Shown here: one piece after another, positions 1 through 10,203 of the stretch
How the letters are laid out: each line of letters opens with the position of its first letter
Numbering within the stretch: the first letter of the stretch is position 1
NCBI GenBank assembly: GCA_033722155.1
Contig: JAWVZN010000004.1
Coordinates: 3,959-67,958 of the forward strand
DNA length: 64,000 nucleotides
Direction of reading: 5' to 3'
From: Gemmatimonadota bacterium
GTDB lineage: Bacteria; Gemmatimonadota; Gemmatimonadetes; JACCXV01; JAHWKZ01
Program-made: the position numbers and the translations under genes
Notes under the pieces: generated by a model
What the model was told of the DNA's origin: nothing
The model's input: only the letters and a program-made list of their open reading frames with translations
Database searches by the model: none

Positions 1-482
1 GCTCCGCCGATGCGCCGCCGTCCCCGGGAAGGAGCGACCTCCAGGTCCGGGAGATCGGGGAGGATCGGGCCCGGGAGTTCGCCCGGATCGTCGCCGCCGG
101 CTTCGACCTCACCCCTCAGGCGACGCCACTGCTGGCGGCACTCGCGGGTCGGCCCGGCTGGCACCTGTACATGACGTTCGACGGGGAGACCCCGGCCGGC
201 GCCGCGGCCCTCTTCGTTCACGGGGGCCACGGCTGGTGCGACTGGGCCTCGACCCACCCCGCCCACCGCCGCCGGGGAAGCCAGCACGCGCTGCTGTGCC
301 GGCGGATCGCCGCCGCGGGGAAGCTCGGGTGCACCCTCCTGTTCACCGAGACGGGGGAGGCGGTCGAGGGGGACCCCCAGCACTCCTACCACAACATCGA
401 GCGGGTCGGGTTCCGGAGGTTCGCGGTGCGGGAGAACCGGGTGCTGGTGCGCGCCCGCGGGCCGCGGGCGTCGCAGGGATGA
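1..482 (+). CDS. GNAT family N-acetyltransferase (5'-truncated by window edge)
   Basis: Frame of ORF 171..482 is open back to the window start; acetyl-CoA motif THPAHRRRGSQHALL and C-terminal SYHNIERVGF. Confidence 0.8.
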   Translation, partial: SADAPPSPGRSDLQVREIGEDRAREFARIVAAGFDLTPQATPLLAALAGRPGWHLYMTFDGETPAGAAALFVHGGHGWCDWASTHPAHRRRGSQHALLCRRIAAAGKLGCTLLFTETGEAVEGDPQHSYHNIERVGFRRFAVRENRVLVRARGPRASQG

Positions 483-1042
483 GCGAAGCGGACGCTTCCG
501 GTGGCGCCACGCTGCCGGACGACCGGCCCGGGACCTACGTCCTGCTCTTCGCGCTCGGTGAGGATCGGAGGGCGTCGGCGGGGGCGCTCGGGCCGATCGA
601 TCTCGAGGCCGGGTTCTACACCTACGTCGGCAGCGCGCTCGGCCCGGGCGGGGTCCGCGCCCGGATTGGGCGTCACGTGCGCGGCTCGGGGCGGCCCCAC
701 TGGCACGTCGACTCCCTCCGGGCGGTGGCGGCGGTGTCCGAGGTGTGGTTCCGTCACGACCCGGGCCGGCGCGAGTGCGGGTGGACCGCGGCCCTGCGGG
801 AGATTCCGGGATTCGCGGAAGAGGTTCCCGGCTTCGGTGCCTCCGACTGCGGTTGCCGCAGCCATCTGCTCCGGTTCGCTCGTCGTCCCGGGCCGAACGA
901 GCTCTCCCTTCGGCTCGGGGAGGGAGGCGAGGAGGGGACCGGCCCTCTCCGGGTCGCGGCGGTGCGCCGCGTGGAGCTGGCTGCTCAGCCGCCCGCCTCC
1001 TCCGGGGGCGCGTCGAGCCCCTCCACCCGCACCAGGAAATAG
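479..1042 (+). CDS. DUF123-type GIY-YIG/Uri superfamily nuclease
   Basis: ATG 479 overlaps the upstream stop (ATGA); motifs GTYVL, YTYVGSALGPGG, RHxxxxxxxHWHVD, GFGASDCGCRSHL. Confidence 0.8.
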   Translation: MSEADASGGATLPDDRPGTYVLLFALGEDRRASAGALGPIDLEAGFYTYVGSALGPGGVRARIGRHVRGSGRPHWHVDSLRAVAAVSEVWFRHDPGRRECGWTAALREIPGFAEEVPGFGASDCGCRSHLLRFARRPGPNELSLRLGEGGEEGTGPLRVAAVRRVELAAQPPASSGGASSPSTRTRK

Positions 1043-1569
1043 AGCGCCAGGAAGTCGTAGAGCGCATGGGCGACGACCGGGGCCGCGAGGTCGCCGGTCG
1101 CGGCCATCAGGAGTCCGAGCGCGACGCCCATCGCCGTGGCCACGATCGCGTAGGTGGGGGTGACGAAGTGGGCGAGGCCGAAGAGGAGGGCCGCGATCCC
1201 GATCGCCGGGCCCGTCCCCACCGCACCCTCCAGCCCGACCTGGATCGCTCCCCGGAACAGCGCCTCCTCGGCCACTCCCGCCGCGGCCGAGACGAGCGCC
1301 AGGTCGAGGAGGGTGGCGTCGGAGAAGAAGCGGGCGGCGAACTCGCGGACCACCCGCGTGACGCGGCGGAAGGGAGGCCAGTCGGAGCGGGCCATCGGAA
1401 GCAGCGCGACGAGGATTCCCACCGCGGCCGCCGCTCCCCACGCCACCGCCGGTGCCGTGAACCGGAAGAGCCGCAGGAGCGGCACGCCGAGCGCCCAGGC
1501 GAGCCCGAAGGCCAGCGCCAGGGCCAGGCCCTCGAAGGCGACGGCCGCGGCGATCGGGCTGCGAGACAC
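985..1569 (-). CDS. CPBP (CAAX protease/Abi) family intramembrane metalloprotease
   Basis: GTG 1569; motifs EEALFRG, FGLAH, HALYD; hydrophobic helices. Confidence 0.85.
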   Translation of the reverse strand: MSRSPIAAAVAFEGLALALAFGLAWALGVPLLRLFRFTAPAVAWGAAAAVGILVALLPMARSDWPPFRRVTRVVREFAARFFSDATLLDLALVSAAAGVAEEALFRGAIQVGLEGAVGTGPAIGIAALLFGLAHFVTPTYAIVATAMGVALGLLMAATGDLAAPVVAHALYDFLALYFLVRVEGLDAPPEEAGG

Positions 1570-1571
1570 GG

Positions 1572-2357
1572 TCAGCCGATCCAGAGACGGATGGCGAAGG
1601 CGACGACCGTGACCGTCACGACTTTCTTGATCCAGTCGTGTCCCTTCAGGACGGTGAGGCGCACCCCCGCCAGGCCGCCGACGAGGTTGCCGGCCGCCAG
1701 CGCGGTCCCGAGGCGCCAGTCGACCTTCCCGCTCGCGGCGAACAGGCCCAGGGCCAGCGGGGTGTACGCGAGCACGAGGGCGACCTTCAGCGCGTTGCCG
1801 CGGACCAGGTCGAGACCGACCGCGGTGGTGACCGCGAGGATCAGGAAGCCGGCTCCGGCCTGGACGAAGCCCCCGTAGAAGCCGACCCCCAGGAAGGCGA
1901 GGGCGAGTCCCGCCGTCCTCCACCGTCCGGTCGATTCGCCGGAGGGCGCATCGCCGGGCCCGTCGCCGCGCATCCGCTCCAGCGGGTCCCAGATCGTCCA
2001 CAGCGCCACCCCGACCATGAGCAGGGCGAGGATCCGGCGGAATGCCTCCTCCCCGATCTCGACGCCGGCCCAGCTGCCGAGCCCGGCCCCGACGATCGTC
2101 GGGATCGCGGCCCGGCCGAGCAGGGGCCATTCGACGATCCGGTGGCGGTGGAACGACGCGACCGCGCCCACGTTCTGGACCAGGATCGCGACCCGGTTGG
2201 TCCCGTTGGCGACGGAGGGGGGAAGGCCGAGGAAGATCATGGTGGGCAGGGTGAGGAAGGAGCCCCCTCCGGCCAGCACGTTGATGGCGCCGGCGACCGC
2301 CCCGACGGCGAAGAGCGCGCCCGCTCGGGCCGCCGGCTCCGCGAGGAGCTCGCTCAC
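1572..2357 (-). CDS. TauE/SafE family (TSUP) membrane transporter
   Basis: GTG 2357; motifs INVLAGGGSFLTLP, ANGTN, GFYGGFVQAGAG. Confidence 0.85.
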   Translation of the reverse strand: MSELLAEPAARAGALFAVGAVAGAINVLAGGGSFLTLPTMIFLGLPPSVANGTNRVAILVQNVGAVASFHRHRIVEWPLLGRAAIPTIVGAGLGSWAGVEIGEEAFRRILALLMVGVALWTIWDPLERMRGDGPGDAPSGESTGRWRTAGLALAFLGVGFYGGFVQAGAGFLILAVTTAVGLDLVRGNALKVALVLAYTPLALGLFAASGKVDWRLGTALAAGNLVGGLAGVRLTVLKGHDWIKKVVTVTVVAFAIRLWIG

Positions 2358-2373
2358 GCCACCGGCGACGCGC

Positions 2374-3471
2374 TCACCGCTCGCGCCGGACTGGCCAGAC
2401 GGCGACGACCTCCTCGCCACGGACGGCATGGACGGAGTCGAAGCAGGCGGCGGCCAGACACGAGTGGTTCGGGAGGATCCGGACCCGCTGCCCGATCGGG
2501 AGGGGGGCACTCACGACCCCGTGCTCCTGGCTGAGCGAGACGAGCCGGGTGTCCTCCCGAAGCGTTCCCGCGGCGGGATCGGCGAAGATCCGGCCCATCG
2601 AGGCCGGCTCCGCGTCGCTCCGGCCGGCGTCCTTGGAGAGCGCCAGGGCACCGGCGTCCACCACGGAGTGATCGGCGCCGGGCGGGGAGGAGACCACGCT
2701 GGCGAGCACGGTGAGCGCGCAATCGGAGGGCTCGCACACGCCGAGCGAGACCATGGTGAGGTCGAAGTAGACGTAGTTGCCGGGGCGGATCTCCGTGACG
2801 CCCTCCAGCCGGTCCACCACCCGCATGGTGGGGGTGGACCCCACGCTCACCCCCGCGAGCTCGATCCCCTCGGCGCGGGCCCGCTGGGCGAAGCCCACCG
2901 TCACGTCGCGCTCCTCGGCCGCGGCCGCCTCGATGCCGGCGCGCGAGGGGGCCCGGTACGCCTGGCCGGCGTGGGTGAGCACCCCGTCGAAGCGGAGCGT
3001 GGGGGAGTCGGCCAGCCGACGGGCGAGCCCGAGTGCGGCCTCCGAGCCGGGGGGCACGCCCGAGCGGTGGTCGCCACAGTCGATTTCGAGCCACACGTGG
3101 AAGGGGAAGCGGGTCGCCTCCAGGGCCTCCACCGCCGCCTCCGAGTCGACCAGGAGCCGGAAGTCGATCCGCTCCGCGATCGCCAGCGCCTCGTCGATCC
3201 GGCCCGGGATCACGGGGAAGGCCCAGGTGAGGTCCTCGAACCCGTGGTGGGCGAAGGCCCGGGCCTCCTCCAGTGTGGCGACGGTCGCTCCGCGCGCTCC
3301 CGCCTCGCGCTGGAGCCGCGCGATCTCGACGCACTTGTGGGTCTTCAGGTGGGGCCGCAGCGCGACTCCCAGGGCGTCGGCGCGATTCGCCATCCACCCT
3401 ACGTTCTCCTCCAGGACGTCGAGGTCGACCAGAAGGGCGGGGGTGGGAAGATCGTGGATCGAGACCCTCAC
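2374..3471 (-). CDS. PLP-dependent alanine-racemase-fold enzyme (D-serine dehydratase/D-threonine aldolase family)
   Basis: GTG 3471; motifs LPTPALLVD, RPHLKTHKC, SVGSTPT, EIRPGNY, SQEHG, PNHSC. Confidence 0.85.
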   Translation of the reverse strand: MRVSIHDLPTPALLVDLDVLEENVGWMANRADALGVALRPHLKTHKCVEIARLQREAGARGATVATLEEARAFAHHGFEDLTWAFPVIPGRIDEALAIAERIDFRLLVDSEAAVEALEATRFPFHVWLEIDCGDHRSGVPPGSEAALGLARRLADSPTLRFDGVLTHAGQAYRAPSRAGIEAAAAEERDVTVGFAQRARAEGIELAGVSVGSTPTMRVVDRLEGVTEIRPGNYVYFDLTMVSLGVCEPSDCALTVLASVVSSPPGADHSVVDAGALALSKDAGRSDAEPASMGRIFADPAAGTLREDTRLVSLSQEHGVVSAPLPIGQRVRILPNHSCLAAACFDSVHAVRGEEVVAVWPVRRER

Positions 3472-3944
3472 AGCAGGCTCTCCAGGATCCAGTCCACCAC
3501 CTGGATCACCACGGCCGCCACGATCAGGAAGGGGATCCAGAAGAACACCACCGCCCGCCAGGAGAGGGTCTCCGACCCGGGGTCGGCCCACGGCTCCAGA
3601 TCCTCCCCGTCCCACGACTCGGCGGCGCGCCGGGCCTTCTCCAGGAGCCCGGGGACCCGCTCCTCGAGCTCGTCGGCGGAGGAGGTCTCGAGCAGGTCCG
3701 CGCTCCTCGCCCGACGGGCGTCTTCCTTCTCCGTCCAGGCGGCGGTCCACAATCCCCACCGGGGGGGATCGGCATCGCGGAGGGCCACCTCGATGACCCG
3801 CGCGACGCCGCCGGAGGCCCATTCGAGCCGCCGGGCCGGCCCCTCCTCCTCGCGCAGCAAGCGCATGTCGTGCTCGCGGGCGAACGATCGAAGCTCGGGC
3901 TCGAGCGCGCGAAGGGGTGCCTCGAGGTCTTCCCGGTCGGTCAT
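3468..3944 (-). CDS. hypothetical protein with C-terminal transmembrane helix
   Basis: Coding-like composition; stop overlaps the next start; C-terminal hydrophobic segment. Confidence 0.65.
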   Translation of the reverse strand: MTDREDLEAPLRALEPELRSFAREHDMRLLREEEGPARRLEWASGGVARVIEVALRDADPPRWGLWTAAWTEKEDARRARSADLLETSSADELEERVPGLLEKARRAAESWDGEDLEPWADPGSETLSWRAVVFFWIPFLIVAAVVIQVVDWILESLL

Positions 3945-3995
3945 CTCTCACGAGCATCCTAACGGGACGCGCGCGTCCCCGGCCAGCGGGGCGTC

Positions 3996-4025
3996 TTGAC
4001 CCGGCCGCGCCCGACGGCTCACAAT
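3996..4025 (+). promoter_or_regulatory. putative sigma-70 promoter of the ABC transporter operon
   Basis: TTGACC-N18-CACAAT ending just before GTG 4032/ATG 4035. Confidence 0.45.
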
Positions 4026-4034
4026 GGTGGCGTG

Positions 4035-5021
4035 ATGAGAGCGGTGTTCGTGATCGGCCGCTTCCTCCCGGTCTTCCTCGTCCTCCTGGGGATCGCCGGC
4101 TGCAGGGAGGACGGGGAGCAGCGACAGGCCGGAGAGCCGGCCCCGCTCCGGGTGGTGTACGTCACCCACGGCCAGTCTTCCGACCCCTTCTGGTCGGTCG
4201 TCTCCAACGGCGCTCGCGCGGCCGGCGGGAAGCTCGGCGTGGAGGTCGAGTATCAGGCCCCCCTCACCTTCGACATGGTCGAGATGGCGAACCTGATCGA
4301 GGGGGCCGTGGCGTCCCGTCCCGACGGCCTCGTCGTCTCGATCCCCGATCCCGCCGCCCTCGGGAGATCGATCGGCAAGGCGATCGAGGCCGACCTCCCG
4401 GTGGTGTCGATCAACTCCGGTGCGGAGGCGTGGGAGCGGATCGGGACGCTGGCGCACGTGGGGCAGCCCGAGTACGAGGCGGGCCGCACGGCGGGGGAGC
4501 GGATGGCGGGGGCGGGCGTGCGCATCGCCCTGTGCGTCAACCACGAGGTGGGAAACGCCGCGCTCGACCGCCGGTGCTCGGGCTTCGGCGACGCGTTGTC
4601 CGCGGCGGGCGGGGAGGTGGAGGTGCTGGCAGTCGAGCTCGCCGACCCCGCCGAGACGCGGGAGCGGGTCGCCCGTGCGGTGGCGACACGGCCCGATCTC
4701 GACGGCCTCCTCACCCTCGGCCCCACCGGCGCCGCCCCCGTCCTGGCCGCTCTCCGGGAGGAAGACGCGATCGGGGAGATCGCCTTCGCCACCTTCGACC
4801 TCTCGCCGGAGGTCCTCCGCGCGGTCGCCGACGGCGAGATGCTCTTCGCCCTCGACCAGCAGCCGTACCTCCAGGGGTATCTCCCGGTCGTCTTCCTCGC
4901 CGTCCACGCCGAGACCCGCGCGATCCCCGGCGGCGGGCGCGTGGTGCGGACCGGCCCCCGCTTCGTGACCGAGGAGAACGCGGACGAGGTGATCGATCTC
5001 GCCGCCGAGGGGGTGCGGTGA
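4035..5021 (+). CDS. sugar ABC transporter substrate-binding lipoprotein
   Basis: Lipobox IAGC; motifs [31 protein letters not shown]. Confidence 0.9.
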   Translation: MRAVFVIGRFLPVFLVLLGIAGCREDGEQRQAGEPAPLRVVYVTHGQSSDPFWSVVSNGARAAGGKLGVEVEYQAPLTFDMVEMANLIEGAVASRPDGLVVSIPDPAALGRSIGKAIEADLPVVSINSGAEAWERIGTLAHVGQPEYEAGRTAGERMAGAGVRIALCVNHEVGNAALDRRCSGFGDALSAAGGEVEVLAVELADPAETRERVARAVATRPDLDGLLTLGPTGAAPVLAALREEDAIGEIAFATFDLSPEVLRAVADGEMLFALDQQPYLQGYLPVVFLAVHAETRAIPGGGRVVRTGPRFVTEENADEVIDLAAEGVR

Positions 5022-5025
5022 AGAG

Positions 5026-6009
5026 ATGAGCCCGGGGGCGCTCCTGTCGCGTCCCGGCGTGGCGGCCGTGGTCGGGACGGTGGCGGTGTGGGCGCTCTTC
5101 GCGGTGGTTGCCGGGCCGGCCTTCCGGAGCGTCTCCGGTGCGGCGGCCTACCTCAACGCGTCCGCGGCGCTCGGGATCCTGGCGGTCGCGGTGGCGATGC
5201 TGATGATCGCCGGGGAGTTCGACCTCTCGGTGGGCTCCGTGGTCGGCTTCGCCGGGATGGCCCTCCTGCTCCTGACCCGCCACTTCGGCTGGCCGCTGTG
5301 GCCGGCGATCGGCGCGACGGTGGCCCTTTCGGCGGCGATCGGCCTCGTGAACGGGCTGCTGGTGGTCCGGACCCGGCTCCCCTCGTTCATCGTCACGCTG
5401 GGCTCGCTCTTCGTCTTCCGGGGCCTCACGATCGGGCTCGCCCGCCACTTCACCGGGCGCACCCAGCTGGGCGGGCTGGACCGGGTGGAGGGGTACGAGC
5501 TCGCGCGGGTCCTCTTCGCCGCCGACGTCGGACCGTTCCGGGCGTCGATCGGGTGGTGGATCGCGTTCGCCGCCGCCGGGGCGTGGATCCTCCACCGGAC
5601 GCGATCGGGCAGCTGGATCCAGGCGAGCGGGGGATCGGCGGAGGCGGCCCGCGAGGCCGGGGTCCCCGTGGATCGGACCAGGGTGTCGCTGTTCGTGGCG
5701 ACGGCCCTCGCCGCCTGTCTGGTGGCCGTCCTCCAGGCGGTCCGGTTCACCGGCGCGGACGCCCTGCGGGGGGAGCTGCAGGAGTTCCGGGCGATCGCCG
5801 CGGCGGTGATCGGCGGCACCCTCCTGACCGGGGGATACGGCTCGGTCGTCGGGGCGGCCCTGGGGGCGCTCGTCTTCGGCATGGTGCAGCAGGGGATCGT
5901 GATCACCGGCGTCGACGCCGACTGGTTCCAGGTCTTCCTCGGCGCCGTCCTGGTGGCGGCCGCCCTGTTCAACGACCGGCTGCGGCGCCGGGCCACGGAG
6001 GCCGGATGA
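5026..6009 (+). CDS. sugar ABC transporter permease (RbsC-like)
   Basis: Motifs GEFDLSVGS, LPSFIVTLG, IAAAVIGGTLLTGG. Confidence 0.9.
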   Translation: MSPGALLSRPGVAAVVGTVAVWALFAVVAGPAFRSVSGAAAYLNASAALGILAVAVAMLMIAGEFDLSVGSVVGFAGMALLLLTRHFGWPLWPAIGATVALSAAIGLVNGLLVVRTRLPSFIVTLGSLFVFRGLTIGLARHFTGRTQLGGLDRVEGYELARVLFAADVGPFRASIGWWIAFAAAGAWILHRTRSGSWIQASGGSAEAAREAGVPVDRTRVSLFVATALAACLVAVLQAVRFTGADALRGELQEFRAIAAAVIGGTLLTGGYGSVVGAALGALVFGMVQQGIVITGVDADWFQVFLGAVLVAAALFNDRLRRRATEAG

Positions 6010-6776
6010 ACGCGGACGTGGCGACGGAGGCGAGCCCTCCCCTGCTGGAGGCGAGCGGGGTGTCGAAGCGATTCGACGGGGTACGCGCCCTCGAGGACGT
6101 CTCGGTGGCGGTGCCCGCCGGCCGGGTCACCTGCCTGCTGGGCGACAACGGGGCGGGGAAGTCGACCCTGGTGAAGATCGTGACCGGAGTGTACGGCGCC
6201 GATGCGGGCGAGATCCGGATGGAGGGCGAGCCGGCCCGGTTCGATTCGCCCCGCGAGGCGATCGACCGTGGGGTCGTGCCGGTCCACCAGCATCTCGCGG
6301 TGGTGCCACTCATGAGCGTGTGGCGGAACTTCTGGCTGGGCGCGGAGCCGACCCGGGGACGGGGTCCCCTGCGACGGATCGACGTGGGTCGCGCCCGGCG
6401 GGAGACCCGGGAGTCGCTCGCCGACGTGGGGATCGAGATCGAGGACGTCGACCGCCCGATGGCCACCCTGTCCGGCGGCGAGCGTCAGGCGGTCGCGATC
6501 GCCCGAGCGCTCCACCGCGGGGCCCGGGTGCTGGTCCTCGACGAGCCGACCGCGGCGCTCGGGGTGAAGCAGACGGGGATCGTGATCGACCAGATCGAAC
6601 GGGCGCGGGATCGCGGGGTCGGGATCCTGCTGGTGACCCACGCGCCCCACGACGCCCACCCCCTGGGCGATCGCTACGTGGTGCTGCGGCGGGGTCGGGC
6701 GATCGCCGAGCGGGCGCGGGAGGAGGTGGGCGTGGAGGAGCTCTCCCGGCTGATGGCGGGGCAGGACGGAGCGTAG
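6006..6776 (+). CDS. sugar ABC transporter ATP-binding protein
   Basis: Walker A GDNGAGKS, signature LSGGE, Walker B LVLDEPT; ATG 6006 overlaps the permease stop. Confidence 0.9.
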   Translation: MNADVATEASPPLLEASGVSKRFDGVRALEDVSVAVPAGRVTCLLGDNGAGKSTLVKIVTGVYGADAGEIRMEGEPARFDSPREAIDRGVVPVHQHLAVVPLMSVWRNFWLGAEPTRGRGPLRRIDVGRARRETRESLADVGIEIEDVDRPMATLSGGERQAVAIARALHRGARVLVLDEPTAALGVKQTGIVIDQIERARDRGVGILLVTHAPHDAHPLGDRYVVLRRGRAIAERAREEVGVEELSRLMAGQDGA

Positions 6777-6779
6777 GGC

Positions 6780-9287
6780 TCAGGCCCGCAGTCGCTCGTC
6801 CAGCCGATCCAGCGCGCCGGCCAGGTCGGGCTCGAGCTCGAGCACCGGCGCCATCGGCTCGCTCCGCTGGCTGCGGATGCGCCGCGGCACGCTCTCGATC
6901 GTGAAGCGGGAGGGATCGAGGTCGCCGTCGACCTCGCGCCACCGCAGCGGGGTGGAGACGGGCGCCCCGGGCAGCGGCCGGGTGGAGTAGGGGGCGACCA
7001 GGAGCTTGCCGCGGCCGTTCTGCAGGTAGTCGACGTACACCCTCCCCTCCCGCTTCTCCGGGCTCCGCTCCACGGTGGCGGTCGCCGACCGCTCCTGCGC
7101 GACGACCCGCGCCAGCAGCTCGCCCAGCGTCCTCGTCTCCTCGTGGCCGACCTGCCGCCCCAGGGAGATCAGCACGTGGAGCCCGGTTGCGCCGCTCGTC
7201 TTCGCGAACGCCGGCAGCCCGATCTCCCGGCACAGCTCCCGGACGGCGCGAGCCACCTCCACCACCCGGGCGAACCCGGCCTCCCCCGGGTCGAGGTCGA
7301 GCACGCACCAGTCGGGCGCCTCCAGGGTGGTGGCGCGGCTCGACCACGCGTGGATCACGAGCGCGGCGGAGTTGGCCACCCACAGCAGCGACTCCACGTC
7401 GTCGAGCAGGAGGTAGTCGATCTCCCGCCCGGAGCCCTCGCTCCACACCGAGGCGGTGCGGAGCCAGTCGGGCGCCCCCCCGGGGGCGTTCTTCTGGAAG
7501 AAGGCGTCCCCCTCGATCCCGTCGGGATAGCGGGCGAGGGCCACGGGGCGGTCGCGCAGGAAAGGGAGCATCCGTTCGGCGACCGCCCGGTAGTAGTCCA
7601 GGAGATCCGACTTGGTGTGGCCGGCATCGGGCCACAGCACCTTGTCCGGGCTGGTGATCCGGACCTCGCGCTCCGGCTCGGGGCGCTCGGCCGCCGGGGG
7701 CTCCTCGAGCCGGGGGTGGACGTCGTCGCGGACGCACGCCTCCACCGGCTTCTCCTCGCGTCGGCGCACGAACACCGGGTGGCGCAGCATGCCCGCGTCG
7801 GTCACCTCCCGGTAGCGGACCTCGACGACGAGCGCGGGATCCACCCACCGGTGCCGCGCGTCGCGCGGCAGCTCGCTCCCCTCGGGTGCCCGGCAGGGCG
7901 GCTCGTCCCTCTGGAGCGGCTCGAGCGCGTCGGCGATGTCCGCGAGCTGGGCGTCGGAGAAGCCGGTGCCCACCCCGCCGGTCCACACCAGCTCCCCGTC
8001 GGCGTACTGGGCGAGCTGCAGCGAGCCGAACCCGATCCGCGATCCCTTCGGCTCGGTCCACCCGACCACGACGAAGTCGTCGGCCTTCACCGCCCGCACC
8101 TTCACCCAGTCGTTCGAGCGGCCCTCCCGGTAGGGGGAGTCCGCCCGTTTGCCCACCACCCCCTCCAGGTCGATCGCCATCGCCCGCTCCCAGGCGGCCT
8201 CGCCGTTCTCCTCCACGTGCTCGCTGTAGCGGATCGGTCCGGCGCTCGGCGCGATCTCGCGCAGGACCCGCTTCCGCTCGGCGAGGGGAAGAGCCCGCGC
8301 GTCGAGCCCCTCGCAGGCGAGCAGGTCGAACGCCCAGTAGGTGGCGGGAAGCTCCAGCGCGGCCCGCCGCACGTCCGCCGCCCGTACCAGCCTGCCCCGT
8401 CGCTGCAACCGGTCGAAGCTCGGCAGGCCCCGCTCGTCCTGGACCAGCACCTCCCCGTCCATGAGCAGCCCCTCGTACGGGAGGCCGGCGACCGCGCGGG
8501 CGATCTCGGGGAAGGTGGCGGTCAGGTCGTTGCCGTTGCGCGAGATCAGGACCGTCTCCCCCTCCCGCCGGCCGGCGAGGAGGCGGTAGCCGTCGAGCTT
8601 GAACTCGAAGACCCACCCCGGCCTCGAGAATGGCTCCTCGCGGGAGACGGCGAGCATCGGGGAGACCTCGCGCGGGTCGACGTCGGCCTCCTCGGCGCCC
8701 GCCTCCGCCAGCGCCGAGGCGATCGCGGCGGCGCGCTCGGAGGCCCGCGGAAGCTCGTCCACCTCGAGGCCGCTGAAGATGGAGTCGGTGGACCAGATCC
8801 GCTGGCCCCGCTCGTCGGCGAAGGCGTCGCGCTCCTTGAGCAGGAGCCACGCCTCCTCCTGCTCGTCCGTCCGCACCAGGGTCCACCGGCCCCGCAGCCG
8901 GTGCCCGCGCAGCTCGAACGAGAGCTTGCCGGCCTCCAGGCCCTCCTCGGGGTCCTCGACCGGGGTCCAGCGGCCCCGATCCCATACGATCACCGGACCC
9001 GCGCCGTACTCCCCCTCGGGGATCACCCCCTCGAAGTCGGCGTAGTCGAGCGGGTGGTCCTCCACCTTCATCGCGAGCCGGCGGTCGGAGGGATCGGGGG
9101 AGGGCCCCTTCGGGATCGCCCACGAGACGAGCGCGCCGCCGAGCTCGAGCCGGAGATCCCAGTGGAGGCTCGTGGCGTGGTGGCGCTGGACGACGAAGAT
9201 ACGCCCCCCGCTCGGAAGCGTTGACTCGAACGGTTCGGGGGACCGCTCCCGGTCGCGTTTCTCCCGGTATCTCTCCAGACGGCTCAC
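6780..9287 (-). CDS. ligD: NHEJ DNA ligase D, fused phosphoesterase-ligase-polymerase
   Basis: PE domain QRHHATSLHWDLRLE/SWAIPKGP/EDHPLDY; ligase EFKLDGYR; polymerase DLDP, KTSGATGLHV, DYLQN; GTG 9287. Confidence 0.93.
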   Translation of the reverse strand: MSRLERYREKRDRERSPEPFESTLPSGGRIFVVQRHHATSLHWDLRLELGGALVSWAIPKGPSPDPSDRRLAMKVEDHPLDYADFEGVIPEGEYGAGPVIVWDRGRWTPVEDPEEGLEAGKLSFELRGHRLRGRWTLVRTDEQEEAWLLLKERDAFADERGQRIWSTDSIFSGLEVDELPRASERAAAIASALAEAGAEEADVDPREVSPMLAVSREEPFSRPGWVFEFKLDGYRLLAGRREGETVLISRNGNDLTATFPEIARAVAGLPYEGLLMDGEVLVQDERGLPSFDRLQRRGRLVRAADVRRAALELPATYWAFDLLACEGLDARALPLAERKRVLREIAPSAGPIRYSEHVEENGEAAWERAMAIDLEGVVGKRADSPYREGRSNDWVKVRAVKADDFVVVGWTEPKGSRIGFGSLQLAQYADGELVWTGGVGTGFSDAQLADIADALEPLQRDEPPCRAPEGSELPRDARHRWVDPALVVEVRYREVTDAGMLRHPVFVRRREEKPVEACVRDDVHPRLEEPPAAERPEPEREVRITSPDKVLWPDAGHTKSDLLDYYRAVAERMLPFLRDRPVALARYPDGIEGDAFFQKNAPGGAPDWLRTASVWSEGSGREIDYLLLDDVESLLWVANSAALVIHAWSSRATTLEAPDWCVLDLDPGEAGFARVVEVARAVRELCREIGLPAFAKTSGATGLHVLISLGRQVGHEETRTLGELLARVVAQERSATATVERSPEKREGRVYVDYLQNGRGKLLVAPYSTRPLPGAPVSTPLRWREVDGDLDPSRFTIESVPRRIRSQRSEPMAPVLELEPDLAGALDRLDERLRA

Positions 9288-9357
9288 GGGAGGGAAGGTA
9301 GCAGACGACCGCCCCGCTTGCGGTCGCGGAGCGGAACTCGGTAGGATGGAAACCGTC

Positions 9358-10203
9358 ATGGATCCGCGTGCCCGCTCGACCGGCTACTCCACGCGCGAGG
9401 TGGCCGAGATCCTCGGCCTCTCCGCCTCCCGGATCCGATCCTGGGCGCGCTCGGGCCTCCTCTCCCCGGACCGGGGACCGCGCGCGGGATACCGCTTCGG
9501 CTTCCGGGACGTCGTGCTGCTCCGGGTCGTGCGCGACCTCCAGGCCGGACGCGTCCCTGCCCGAAAGATCCGCCGCGCGCTGGCCCGGCTCCGGGCGGTT
9601 CTTCCGGAGGGGCGGCCGCTCTCCTCGCTACGCCTCGCCACCGATGGCGAGCGGGTGCTGGTACGTGACGACGAGGGGTCCTGGGACGCGGAGTCGGACC
9701 AGCGCGTGATGGAGCTCGGGGTCGGCGAGCTCGCCGAGCGTGCCGCCCCCTACGTCGCCGGAACCGTGGAGGCGAAGCGCGAGCGCGGACTCGACGCCGA
9801 CGCCTGGTACAACGTGGCCGTCGAGCTCGAGACGGTGAGCCTCCAGGAGGCGATCAAGGCCTACCGGGAGGCGCTGGCCCTCGACCCGGCCCACGCCAGC
9901 GCCCACATCAACCTGGGGCGACTGCTCCACGAGAGCGGCGATCCCGCGGCCGCCGCCGGGCACTACCGCAGCGCGATCGCCGCCGATCCCCAGAGTGCGA
10001 TCGCCGCCTACGACCTCGCCATCGCGCTGGAGGACGTGGGCGACGTCGAGGAGGCGATCGGCCTGTACCGCCGTGCGGTGCGCCTCGAGCCCGACTACGC
10101 GGAAGCCCATTACAACCTCTCCCGCCTCTACGAGCGGGTGGGCGAGGATCGAAAGGCGTTCCGCCATCTGCTCCGGTACCGGCGGATCGCCGGCTCGGCG
10201 TGA
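9358..10203 (+). CDS. MerR-like HTH plus tetratricopeptide-repeat protein
   Basis: N-terminal YSTREVAEILGLSASRIRSWARSGLL HTH; C-terminal TPRs (AHINLGRLL, AAYDLAIAL, AHYNLSRLY); alternative ATG 9346. Confidence 0.85.
   Translation: MDPRARSTGYSTREVAEILGLSASRIRSWARSGLLSPDRGPRAGYRFGFRDVVLLRVVRDLQAGRVPARKIRRALARLRAVLPEGRPLSSLRLATDGERVLVRDDEGSWDAESDQRVMELGVGELAERAAPYVAGTVEAKRERGLDADAWYNVAVELETVSLQEAIKAYREALALDPAHASAHINLGRLLHESGDPAAAAGHYRSAIAADPQSAIAAYDLAIALEDVGDVEEAIGLYRRAVRLEPDYAEAHYNLSRLYERVGEDRKAFRHLLRYRRIAGSA

Noticed and set aside
479-1042. GIY-YIG nuclease as a homing endonuclease or defence gene
   Set aside because: Short DUF123-type protein in a housekeeping context; no intron, methylase or mobile element nearby
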